Of a DNA stretch of 32,000 nucleotides, positions 8,451 to 15,486 are shown one piece after another (within the stretch, counting starts at the first letter, position 1; the number at the start of each line of letters is the position of its first letter). Source of the DNA: Pyrobaculum calidifontis JCM 11548 (lineage in GTDB: Archaea > Thermoproteota > Thermoprotei > Thermoproteales > Thermoproteaceae); contig NC_009073.1 of NCBI RefSeq assembly GCF_000015805.1, positions 900,001-932,000 on the forward strand. Direction: 5' to 3'. Below the pieces are notes generated by a model. The model was not told the DNA's origin. It searched no databases and saw only the letters and a program-made list of their open reading frames with translations. The position numbers were made by a program, and so were the translations under genes.

Positions 8451-8946
8451 AATAGTGGTGTTAAAAGAGGGCGGAGAGCCCCTCGGCGACGTGGTGATAG
8501 ATGCACGCGGGCCTCCTGAGTTCTTCGACGCAGTGATACTAGGCGGGAGAGAGCTGAAATCTGTGGTGGCCATAGGGGCCGTAGAGGGCGGGGTTCCAAT
8601 TGGAGTTGGTAAATACACGAAGAAGCCCGTGGCGGCCGTCGTAGAGGGCAGAGTCGTAATAAGGGGAATCCCCATATCTCTCTACTACGAGTTAGGAATA
8701 CTTGAGCGGGAGATTGTGGAGGCGTTGGGCAGAGGCGTTACTACAGATGTGGCGTTGGAGAAACTGAAAGAGGTGGTAATAAGAGAGAGGCGTAGGTACA
8801 AGCGGTCGCAGACGCTGGCCATCTTGGCCAAATACGTAGAGGGCGAGGTGGCCGAGCTACCGCCGCATTTGATCGACATAGTGGGCAACTTGAGTAGAGA
8901 TGAGGCAAGGAAGCTGTTTGAAAAATTGTTAGAGGAGATATACTAA
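8440..8946 (+). CDS. Hypothetical 168-aa protein (beta-rich N-half, helical C-half), middle gene of the ATPase-NurA operon
   Basis: The ATG at 8440 overlaps the upstream stop (ATGTCGCTTAA, 11-nt overlap) and follows GAGGT. The stop overlaps the next ATG (TAATG). The ORF track's longer start at 8389 would overlap the ATPase gene by 62 nt. I see no recognisable motif. Confidence 0.6.
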   Translation: MSLKIVVLKEGGEPLGDVVIDARGPPEFFDAVILGGRELKSVVAIGAVEGGVPIGVGKYTKKPVAAVVEGRVVIRGIPISLYYELGILEREIVEALGRGVTTDVALEKLKEVVIRERRRYKRSQTLAILAKYVEGEVAELPPHLIDIVGNLSRDEARKLFEKLLEEIY

Positions 8947-9689
8947 TGGTATTTTCAGAGCTGTTGAGATTTGTAGAACTAGAGTTCTACCCCCACGAGG
9001 TGGAGATTCCTCCGTCGTTGAAAAGGCTTGTCAACTACTGCCGCGGGGGACGTCTCAGAGACTACTACGCGGTTGACTCAGGCTACGTGGTACAGGAGGT
9101 GGGCGACTACGACGTCTTAGTGCAACTGGTGGTGGGGGTGGGAAGAGAGGTGAAGAAGAGGTTCCTAGTGCAGAAGGCGTACGACGATGTGCACTATGTG
9201 GCGCGCATAAACGAGATAAAATTCGCCGAGGCCCTCCACGGAGGCCTTGTGTTTGTAGATGGGCCATTAACCCCATATGTAAACACGGCCAATGTTGTTG
9301 GAGTATCTAAAGACCCGCGCCTTGTGAGATATGGGCCGAGAATAGCGCAGGAGGACCTGCGTCACGAGTTTGTAAGCGTCGCTAAGAAGATTGGAGAAAA
9401 AGAGGTGGCCCGCCGCCTGCTCCAAGGCGAGCCCCCTGGCTCCTACTTAGAGCCTGTGGAAATAGGCGATTTCTACGGAACTTTTATCAAGTCTGACTGG
9501 GTTCTATATGTAGAATTTCCAAAGAGTATGAGGGCCGAGGAGATATGTGGAGTGTTAAGCCGCTACCCGATAAGACTTAGAGTGGCACACCATCTGGCCA
9601 AGCTAAATAGAGAATTTCTGAATTCAATATATTACTTGATGTTGAACATGGTTAAACCACAAAAAATAAACATTAGAGAATTATTATAA
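8946..9689 (+). CDS. Compact NurA-family (RNase H-fold) nuclease
   Basis: The motif order matches my memory of the NurA family: YYAVDSGY (D44, compare hhhDGS/G), KFAEAL (E95), LVFVDGPL (D105, compare hhhDGSL), and the C-terminal RYPIRLRVAHHL (compare YPxPLxxAH). At 247 aa it is much shorter than canonical NurA (~330-450 aa). Confidence 0.6.
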   Translation: MVFSELLRFVELEFYPHEVEIPPSLKRLVNYCRGGRLRDYYAVDSGYVVQEVGDYDVLVQLVVGVGREVKKRFLVQKAYDDVHYVARINEIKFAEALHGGLVFVDGPLTPYVNTANVVGVSKDPRLVRYGPRIAQEDLRHEFVSVAKKIGEKEVARRLLQGEPPGSYLEPVEIGDFYGTFIKSDWVLYVEFPKSMRAEEICGVLSRYPIRLRVAHHLAKLNREFLNSIYYLMLNMVKPQKINIRELL

Positions 9690-9824
9690 CCCTTTGTAAA
9701 TGTATATAAGTCGTGCTAAGGCCATGTTAATGCAGTCATCAAGTGTTTCTAGGTTATATTTTTTGCAGACCTCGTAGAGACTTTCTAGTTCGTCCTCAGA
9801 AACAGGAATAATTACACGCTCCAT
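9684..9824 (-). CDS. Unannotated 46-aa ribbon-helix-helix (CopG/Arc-like) protein
   Basis: This ORF is not in the ORF track because it is under 60 aa. ATG 9824 to TAA 9684 gives MERVIIPVSEDELESLYEVCKKYNLETLDDCINMALARLIYIYKGL, a beta-strand/helix/turn/helix pattern typical of RHH proteins. A TATAAA box (9846-9851, minus strand) lies about 24 nt upstream of the ATG. Confidence 0.5.
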   Translation of the reverse strand: MERVIIPVSEDELESLYEVCKKYNLETLDDCINMALARLIYIYKGL

Positions 9825-9843
9825 GAAGTTAACCAAGGACAGA

Positions 9844-9852
9844 GATTTATAG
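9844..9852 (-). promoter_or_regulatory. TATA box for the 46-aa RHH ORF
   Basis: The minus strand reads ACTATAAATC, ~24 nt upstream of ATG 9824. Confidence 0.5.
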
Positions 9853-9880
9853 TCCCTTTACAAAAAACGTACACGTAAAC

Positions 9881-9890
9881 ATATATATAG
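9881..9890 (+). promoter_or_regulatory. TATA box for the aminotransferase gene
   Basis: ATATATATAG lies ~25 nt upstream of ATG 9910. Confidence 0.55.
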
Positions 9891-9909
9891 CGAGGCCACT
9901 TGTCCAGCA

Positions 9910-11091
9910 ATGCGCGGATTTTCGTCCAGAGTTGCCGCATTCCGCGAATCCCCCACGCGGAAGATCGATGAACTTAGAGAAAGGCTGAGGCGTGAGAACC
10001 GCGATGTAATACTGCTCTCCACGGGGCAGCCCAGCGTCCCGCCTCCTAGAGAGGTAAGAGAGGCGCTGGGAGAGTTGTTGAAAGTCGACTCAATGGACCT
10101 ATACGGCTATACCCCCTCCCAGGGGATATACGAGCTGAGAGCCGCTATTTCAGAAGACTTGAAAAAGCTCGGCGGCCTCGACGTGCCGCCGGATCAGATC
10201 GTCGTCACGGCCGGGGGGCAGGCCGCCATGTTTTCCACGCTGGCCACCGTGGTGGAGCAAGGCGACGAGGTCGTAGTCACAGACCCGACGTACTTCGGCT
10301 ACAGGCCTCTGCTTGAATACTTTGGCGCAGTGGTGAAGCCTCTGAGGACGCGGATAGAGGAGGGCTTTCAGCCAGACCCAGAGCGGCTTAAAACGCTAGT
10401 TGGGAGAAAGACAAAGGCGGTGGTCCTAGTATCGCCAGACAATCCCACTGGCCGAATTTTAAACAGGGAGGTGGCCAAGGCGGTGGCCGACTTGGCCCAA
10501 GACTACGACTTCTGGATTATTACAGATGAGGCGTACAAGACGTTGATATACGAGGGGGAACACGTCTACTTCTATAAACTGGCCCCAGAGCACACAATTT
10601 CTATAAACACTTTTTCAAAGGACCCGGCCATCCCTGGCTGGCGCCTGGGCTATGTATACGGCCCCAAAGACGTTGTCCAAAAGGTAAAACTCGCCAACGA
10701 GGAGATGGTGTATTGCCCTCCGTCATTTGCCCAAAGAATGGTTGCAATCTACTTAAGATCTGAGGCGAGGACGAGGTACATAAGAGAAGTTGTGGAGGTT
10801 TATCGCCACAAGCGCGACGTAGCACTGGCGGCAGTTAAGAGGTACATACCCGAGGCCAAGTTCGTGCCCCCGTCTGGCTCCATGTTCATATTCGTAGACT
10901 TATCTAGGTATATAGTAGACGGCGAAGAATTTGCCAAAGTCCTCCTCGAGAAACACGGCGTAGCCACAGTGCCCGGCTCGTACTTCAGCGAAGTATACAA
11001 GGCGGCTCTACGCATCTCCTTCGTAACCGAAACCACAGAGAGAATAGAGGAAGGAATTAGGCGGATAGGAGAAGCCCTCTCCGCAACCTAG
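9910..11091 (+). CDS. Class I/II PLP-dependent aminotransferase (aspartate aminotransferase-like)
   Basis: The PLP-lysine motif is FSKDPAIPGWRLGY (SKxxxxxGxRxGY). Also present are SPDNPTG and the pattern ITDEAY. The ATG lies ~25 nt from the TATA ATATATATAG. Confidence 0.9.
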   Translation: MRGFSSRVAAFRESPTRKIDELRERLRRENRDVILLSTGQPSVPPPREVREALGELLKVDSMDLYGYTPSQGIYELRAAISEDLKKLGGLDVPPDQIVVTAGGQAAMFSTLATVVEQGDEVVVTDPTYFGYRPLLEYFGAVVKPLRTRIEEGFQPDPERLKTLVGRKTKAVVLVSPDNPTGRILNREVAKAVADLAQDYDFWIITDEAYKTLIYEGEHVYFYKLAPEHTISINTFSKDPAIPGWRLGYVYGPKDVVQKVKLANEEMVYCPPSFAQRMVAIYLRSEARTRYIREVVEVYRHKRDVALAAVKRYIPEAKFVPPSGSMFIFVDLSRYIVDGEEFAKVLLEKHGVATVPGSYFSEVYKAALRISFVTETTERIEEGIRRIGEALSAT

Positions 11092-11128
11092 CTAAAACAG
11101 CCGCGGCCTTGGCGCGGGCGAGTCCCCG

Positions 11129-11692
11129 CTAGGACTTTAGCAGATTGGCTAGTTTTTCTCTTATTTGTGCCAACTCGCGCCTGAGTTGTTCTACCTCTTG
11201 CCTTAGCCGCGCGTTTTCCTCGGCAAGCTGTTCGCAACCCTTAGGCGCCGCTGGTTTACATTTGTCGCTTCTAACCCAGTAGTAGAACTCCGTCTTATCT
11301 TTCTGCCACTTCAACTCGCCGCTTGCCAAATCCACCTCCACCTCTGTTATAATCATAAATATGTCGCCTTTGTCGAGCCCGTAGCGTGGGGCAACTTCGT
11401 TGAAAAACCACTCCTTCAGTGCGTCAAACATCTCACGGCTACTCCTCCTAAAGCCCTCTGAGTCCCTTATCTTGCCAAAGATCTCCTCGCCCTGAGGCCC
11501 AAACTTCTCTCTAAGCGAGCCGGCAATTGCGCCAAAGAGAAGTCTAAAGAAGTCGGGCCTCCCGCCTACTCCGTATCTTCCAAAGAGCCGCCCTGCCGAC
11601 GTCTTGCCAGTGTTCCACCTTATGATTAGTATCTGCCTACCTCCCCGCTCTTCTACGTGCGCCCGCTCCACCGTCCTCTCCTCCTCTGCCAT
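11129..11692 (-). CDS. Hypothetical protein with C-terminal leucine-zipper-like coiled coil
   Basis: The C-terminus is LAEENARLRQEVEQLRRELAQIREKLANLLKS. No enzymatic motif is visible. The ATG at 11692 lies 24 nt from the TATA at 11711-20. The ORF-track start at 11710 abuts the TATA and is unlikely. Confidence 0.55.
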   Translation of the reverse strand: MAEEERTVERAHVEERGGRQILIIRWNTGKTSAGRLFGRYGVGGRPDFFRLLFGAIAGSLREKFGPQGEEIFGKIRDSEGFRRSSREMFDALKEWFFNEVAPRYGLDKGDIFMIITEVEVDLASGELKWQKDKTEFYYWVRSDKCKPAAPKGCEQLAEENARLRQEVEQLRRELAQIREKLANLLKS

Positions 11693-11710
11693 ATGTATAG
11701 TAAAGCTCAT

Positions 11711-11720
11711 AAATAAAAAT
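11711..11720. promoter_or_regulatory. Shared TATA element between the divergent hypothetical (-) and radical SAM (+) genes
   Basis: AAATAAAAAT lies 24 nt from ATG 11692 (-) and ~20 nt from GTG 11735 (+). Confidence 0.45.
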
Positions 11721-11734
11721 CCGAACGCTCTGTT

Positions 11735-12637
11735 GTGTATTACAACATAGCCAGAGGGCGTATAGCAACGGGATGTGAGTTGTGCCTACTGGGGGCGAAG
11801 AGCGTGATATTCATAACAGGCGTCTGCCCCCTGAACTGCTTCTACTGCCCGGTGGGGAGAGACCGCTTTGGGAGAGACGTAATTTTTGTAAACGACGTGC
11901 CCGTCGCCGACATTAGGCAGATTCCAGAAGTGGTGGCTCAGTTTGCCTCAGACGGGGCCGCGATAACCGGCGGCGATCCAGCCGCCGTCGCCGAGAGAGT
12001 TAGAGAGGTTAGCGAGTTGTTAAAAGAGTCGTTTGGCGAAAACTTCCACATCCACATGTACACCCACATACTCAATCTAGACGGGAAGAGAGTTGGCGTA
12101 ATTGCCTCAAGCAGAGTAGACGAGGTGAGAATACACGTGACGTCGAAGGCGCAGCTGGAGGGGAGGGTCAAGTACGTAAAGGCGCTGGCGGCCGCTGGAA
12201 AAGACGTAGGAGTAGAAGTCCCCGCGTTGCGCGGGCTTGAAAAACAGATAGCTGAGGCGATAAACGCGCTGGCGCCGTACATTAAGTTTGTAAACATAAA
12301 CGAGCTAGACGTTTCTGAGCCAAATGTTGAAAAGCTGAGAGAGGCGGGGTACCGCGTAGAAGGGCTTAACGTCCCCGGTAGCCTACAAGCGGCTCTCAAA
12401 ATCGCAGAAATGGTCAAAGACGTTCCCGTCCACATATGCAGAGGCAAGACAAAGGACTTGGTACAAATAGGCGCCAGGCTGTTCAGGCTGGCTATGACAA
12501 CGGCGAAGCCAGGGGAATATGTGCAAGACGATGGCACAGTCATATACGACGAGGAGGGCCACCACCCCAGAAGCGCGAAGGCGAGAAACATCCGAGTAAA
12601 AATCAACACAGGCCCAAGAGAGCTAGAGGTGGTGTAG
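11735..12637 (+). CDS. Radical SAM domain protein
   Basis: The CxxxCxxC cluster is GVCPLNCFYCPV, followed by a GGDP-type SAM-binding segment (ITGGDPA). Confidence 0.8.
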   Translation: MYYNIARGRIATGCELCLLGAKSVIFITGVCPLNCFYCPVGRDRFGRDVIFVNDVPVADIRQIPEVVAQFASDGAAITGGDPAAVAERVREVSELLKESFGENFHIHMYTHILNLDGKRVGVIASSRVDEVRIHVTSKAQLEGRVKYVKALAAAGKDVGVEVPALRGLEKQIAEAINALAPYIKFVNINELDVSEPNVEKLREAGYRVEGLNVPGSLQAALKIAEMVKDVPVHICRGKTKDLVQIGARLFRLAMTTAKPGEYVQDDGTVIYDEEGHHPRSAKARNIRVKINTGPRELEVV

Positions 12638-12661
12638 GTGCCTTTAAACGCCTAGATATAC

Positions 12662-12967
12662 GTGAAAGTTGTAGTACTGGCTCTGGTCGCATCAGTCCTC
12701 GCATTCGCCGCTTCAAATTCCACAGACCCATTTGCAAAAATTGGGCAAATGGTAGACAACTTGCTAAACTCCATCGACAAGTTTCTACAAAATCTCAAAG
12801 ACGTGCTCAAGGCTCACATGTCCTCAATATCCAGAACTCTCTCAGTGATCATGGGGCTAATAGGCGCAGTGCTGTACTTCTCTGGGATAAGCAAATACAG
12901 CGGGAGAAGTCTAATATTCGGCGCAATTCTACTCTACGTCTTGGCAGAGTTCATCTCTTCCTTCTAG
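12662..12967 (+). CDS. Small secreted/membrane protein, unknown function
   Basis: There is an N-terminal signal-like segment (MKVVVLALVASVLAFAAS) and two C-terminal hydrophobic helices (VIMGLIGAVLYF, LIFGAILLYVLAEFI). The start is a GTG. Confidence 0.5.
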   Translation: MKVVVLALVASVLAFAASNSTDPFAKIGQMVDNLLNSIDKFLQNLKDVLKAHMSSISRTLSVIMGLIGAVLYFSGISKYSGRSLIFGAILLYVLAEFISSF

Positions 12968-12995
12968 GCTTATAAATTAGCAACATTGCACCGCC

Positions 12996-13949
12996 ATGGA
13001 GTACATAAGACTGGGTAAAACAGACATGAAAGTCTCCAGAATTGGGCTAGGCGCGTGGCAATTCTCAGGAGACGCCTGGGGCGCAATAGACTACCAAACC
13101 GCCAAAGAGGTCGTGGCCAAGGCGTATGAGGTAGGCATAAACTTCTTCGACACAGCCGCCGTATACGGCAGAGGCAGAAGCGAGGAGTTCCTAGGCAGAG
13201 CCCTCAAAGAACTGGGCCTCAGAGGCCACGTCTACATTGCCACAAAGATACCAGGGGAGTGGCTACGCCGAGTGGACATTTTAGTTGCAGTAGAGAATCA
13301 GAGGCGTAGGCTAGGCGTAGACGCAATAGACTTAATGCAAATACACTGGCCAGCCTGTTGGCACAACACCCCAATATGCGAAACTATGAAGACGCTTGAG
13401 GAACTGGTAGACAGAGGCGCCATTAGGTACATAGGAGTGAGCAACTTCCCACTCCAACTACTTGAACACGCCAGGAAGTGTCTATCGAAAATAGACATAG
13501 CGACGTCGCAAAACCGCTACAACCTGGTAGAACGAGAGGCAGACAAAGAACTCCTCCCATACCTAAGACGCGAAGGCATAGCACTAATCGCCTGGAGCCC
13601 CCTAGCCAAAGGCGTACTCACAGGAAAGTACACCCCAGACAACTTGCCCACATTTGAAGACGTGAGAAGAAACGACCCCCTCTTCACAAGAGATAACCTG
13701 GCGAGGGTACTGCCGCTACTAGACGAGTTAAAACGCCTCTCCGCCAAATATGGAAAAACCCCAGCACAGATAGCCCTAAACTGGCTCACGCGAGACCCAC
13801 TAATACTGCCAATACCAGGCGCCAAGCGGCCAGAGCAGGTCATTGAAAACGCCGGCTCAGTCGGCTGGAAATTAACAGACGACGACTGGAAGACGTTAGA
13901 CAGGCTAGGCTGGGAGATCTCACAGAAGATAATATACGTCACATATTAG
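12996..13949 (+). CDS. Aldo/keto reductase
   Basis: Typical AKR sequences are present: LGLGAWQFSG, FFDTAAVYGRGRSEE, IDLMQIHWP, IRYIGVSNF, PIPGAKRPEQVIEN. Confidence 0.9.
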   Translation: MEYIRLGKTDMKVSRIGLGAWQFSGDAWGAIDYQTAKEVVAKAYEVGINFFDTAAVYGRGRSEEFLGRALKELGLRGHVYIATKIPGEWLRRVDILVAVENQRRRLGVDAIDLMQIHWPACWHNTPICETMKTLEELVDRGAIRYIGVSNFPLQLLEHARKCLSKIDIATSQNRYNLVEREADKELLPYLRREGIALIAWSPLAKGVLTGKYTPDNLPTFEDVRRNDPLFTRDNLARVLPLLDELKRLSAKYGKTPAQIALNWLTRDPLILPIPGAKRPEQVIENAGSVGWKLTDDDWKTLDRLGWEISQKIIYVTY

Positions 13950-13962
13950 AAAACCGACGACG

Positions 13963-14056
13963 TGGCGGGCCCGGTGGGATTCGTAGGCGGCTCTGCCTGA
14001 ACCCACGACCTACGGGTTAAAAGCCCGCCGCTCTAACCGGGCTGAGCTACGGGCCC
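13963..14056 (-). tRNA. tRNA-Lys(UUU): tRNA-Lys (anticodon UUU) with a 16-nt non-canonical intron in the T-loop; CCA encoded
   Basis: The minus strand reads GGGCCCG TA GCTC AGCCCGGTTA GAGC G GCGGG CTTTTAA CCCGT AGGTC GTGGG TTC[AGGCAGAGCCGCCTAC]GAAT CCCAC CGGGCCC G CCA. The cloverleaf closes only if 13983-13998 is removed. Confidence 0.85.
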
Positions 14057-14076
14057 CACCCGTGTCTAAACACGTG

Positions 14077-14085
14077 TTTAAAAAG
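14077..14085 (-). promoter_or_regulatory. TATA box for tRNA-Lys
   Basis: The centre of TTTAAAAAG (plus-strand reading) lies 25 nt from the tRNA 5' end at 14056. Confidence 0.6.
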
Positions 14086-14156
14086 TTTAGCGCCTTCACA
14101 GGGTCAAACCCACATGCCGAAGACGCACTGCACCCGCCGCAGACAAGGCGAGTTAA

Positions 14157-14166
14157 GTTTAAAAAC
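14157..14166 (+). promoter_or_regulatory. TATA box for tRNA-Ala
   Basis: The centre of GTTTAAAAAC lies 25 nt upstream of the tRNA 5' end at 14187. Confidence 0.6.
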
Positions 14167-14186
14167 GGTAGTTTAAGTAGGGGTCG

Positions 14187-14292
14187 GGGCCGGTAGTCTA
14201 GCGGAAGGATGCCCGCTTGGCGTGGTAGCCCCAGAATGCGGGAGATCCCGGGAGGGAGACCCCCGGGAATTCGAATCCCGGCCGGTCCACCA
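14187..14292 (+). tRNA. tRNA-Ala(GGC): tRNA-Ala (anticodon GGC) with two introns (canonical 37/38 and one at the T-stem/T-loop junction); CCA encoded
   Basis: The sequence reads GGGCCGG TA GTCTAGCGGAAGGAT G CCCGC TTGGCG[TGGTAGCCCCAGAA]T GCGGG AGATC CCGGG[AGGGAGACCCCCGGGAA]TTCGAAT CCCGG CCGGTCC A CCA. The G3:U70 alanine identity pair is present. Introns are at 14223-14236 and 14253-14269. Confidence 0.85.
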
Positions 14293-14349
14293 TCTTTCTA
14301 GCGTACATCCGGTGGAGGAAAGCCTCCGTAGCTCTGCTACTCCACGTGT

Positions 14350-15060
14350 CTACCCCCCTCTTATTATCGACTTGAATCTTCTCGCATCGTCAAACATGTA
14401 GACGTTGTTGAAGAGGACGTACGCCGCCTCCCCCTCCAGCGACTTGATAATTTCTGCCAGCTTCCGTAAATCGTCGTCGGTGTACTTATAGCGGTAGTTC
14501 ACCTCTCCCGGGAGTCCGTGTAGCCTAAAGTAGTAAATCCCGCCCCGCAACGGCGCCCTCTTTAGGGGATCCACTACAATGACTACCCCGAGAGACGCCA
14601 CTCTCTCAATGAGCGTGGGGTCTTTGTAAGTCTCGCCACGGGGCTCCCACGCGACTTTGAACCCGGCGCCAGCCACCGAGGCAAAGAAGTCGTATATGTA
14701 GGGCTCCGGCTTTAGGCTAGGCGGCGTCTGAAACACTAAGACCTCTGGGCGGAGAGGCGCCACGGAGTCTACAAACTCGTTCCACAGCTGGAAATTCTCC
14801 TCGGTGGGCTTCAGCAGGCCGTGTCTCTCAGTGGGCTTGAACCCCTTCGTCCTTTTAAAAGTGGGGCTATCCGCCGGGTGCGTCAACCCCTGGAAGACTT
14901 TGACTGTGAAGTGGAAGCCCGGCGCCTCCTCCCTCAAGGCCTGCATCTTCCCTCTGTTTGGCATATTGTAGAACGTCTCTTGTAGCTCAGCTACATCCAG
15001 CGTTGAGTATATTTGTCGGCGCGACTTGGGAAAGCCGCATGTGCCCACTAACACCTCCAC
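14350..15060 (-). CDS. DUF72 family protein
   Basis: The N-terminal VLVGTCGFP and LDVAELQETFY resemble the DUF72 signature (GTSGW ... VEiNsTFY). The start is a GTG. Confidence 0.7.
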   Translation of the reverse strand: MEVLVGTCGFPKSRRQIYSTLDVAELQETFYNMPNRGKMQALREEAPGFHFTVKVFQGLTHPADSPTFKRTKGFKPTERHGLLKPTEENFQLWNEFVDSVAPLRPEVLVFQTPPSLKPEPYIYDFFASVAGAGFKVAWEPRGETYKDPTLIERVASLGVVIVVDPLKRAPLRGGIYYFRLHGLPGEVNYRYKYTDDDLRKLAEIIKSLEGEAAYVLFNNVYMFDDARRFKSIIRGG

Positions 15061-15176
15061 ATGTCTACTACCTTTTTATTTTAAAAACGATTTGAGACGT
15101 GGAGCGCAGGTCTATATATTCCGGCGCGAGGAGTTGCTACGCCGAGAAAGAGGGCGTATACGTGGAAAGCGGCGCG

Positions 15177-15452
15177 ATGGATCTCGCAAAGGCCGCGGCA
15201 CACCTCTACTTGCACATGCTGGACCTGGAGAGGGGATACACGTATGACCACGACTGTGCCAGAGTAAAGATGACGCCCGAGCTATTTGAGGCGAGGTCAA
15301 AGTACCTCGTCAAGCTGTGCAGAGAGCAGGGGGGCAGAGACTGCGACGAAATTGAAAAACTGGTCGACTACGTGCTTAAGAACTTCGAACTCCCGCCGTG
15401 GGCGATGGAGCTCGCGAAAAAGAAACTTGTAAGAATATCGCGCCTCCTGTAG
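15177..15452 (+). CDS. Hypothetical small protein (91 aa from ATG 15177)
   Basis: The ORF-track start (GTG 15099) is too close to the TATA at 15079-86. The ATG at 15177 is the first ATG in frame. The protein shares a YTYD[HE]D...VK...PE.F motif with the next ORF. Confidence 0.5.
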   Translation: MDLAKAAAHLYLHMLDLERGYTYDHDCARVKMTPELFEARSKYLVKLCREQGGRDCDEIEKLVDYVLKNFELPPWAMELAKKKLVRISRLL

Positions 15453-15486
15453 CATCAAATTTTTATACCCCAACGCCTTTGGGCAA

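Noticed and set aside
11938-12609. A 223-aa minus-strand ORF opposite the radical SAM gene.
   Set aside because: The plus frame carries the CxxxCxxC radical SAM signature. The minus frame is S/T/A/F-rich with no motifs.
12436-12975. A 179-aa plus-strand ORF spanning the radical SAM 3' end and the small membrane protein gene.
   Set aside because: It is an Arg/Gln/Gly-rich off-frame translation that overlaps two better-supported frames.
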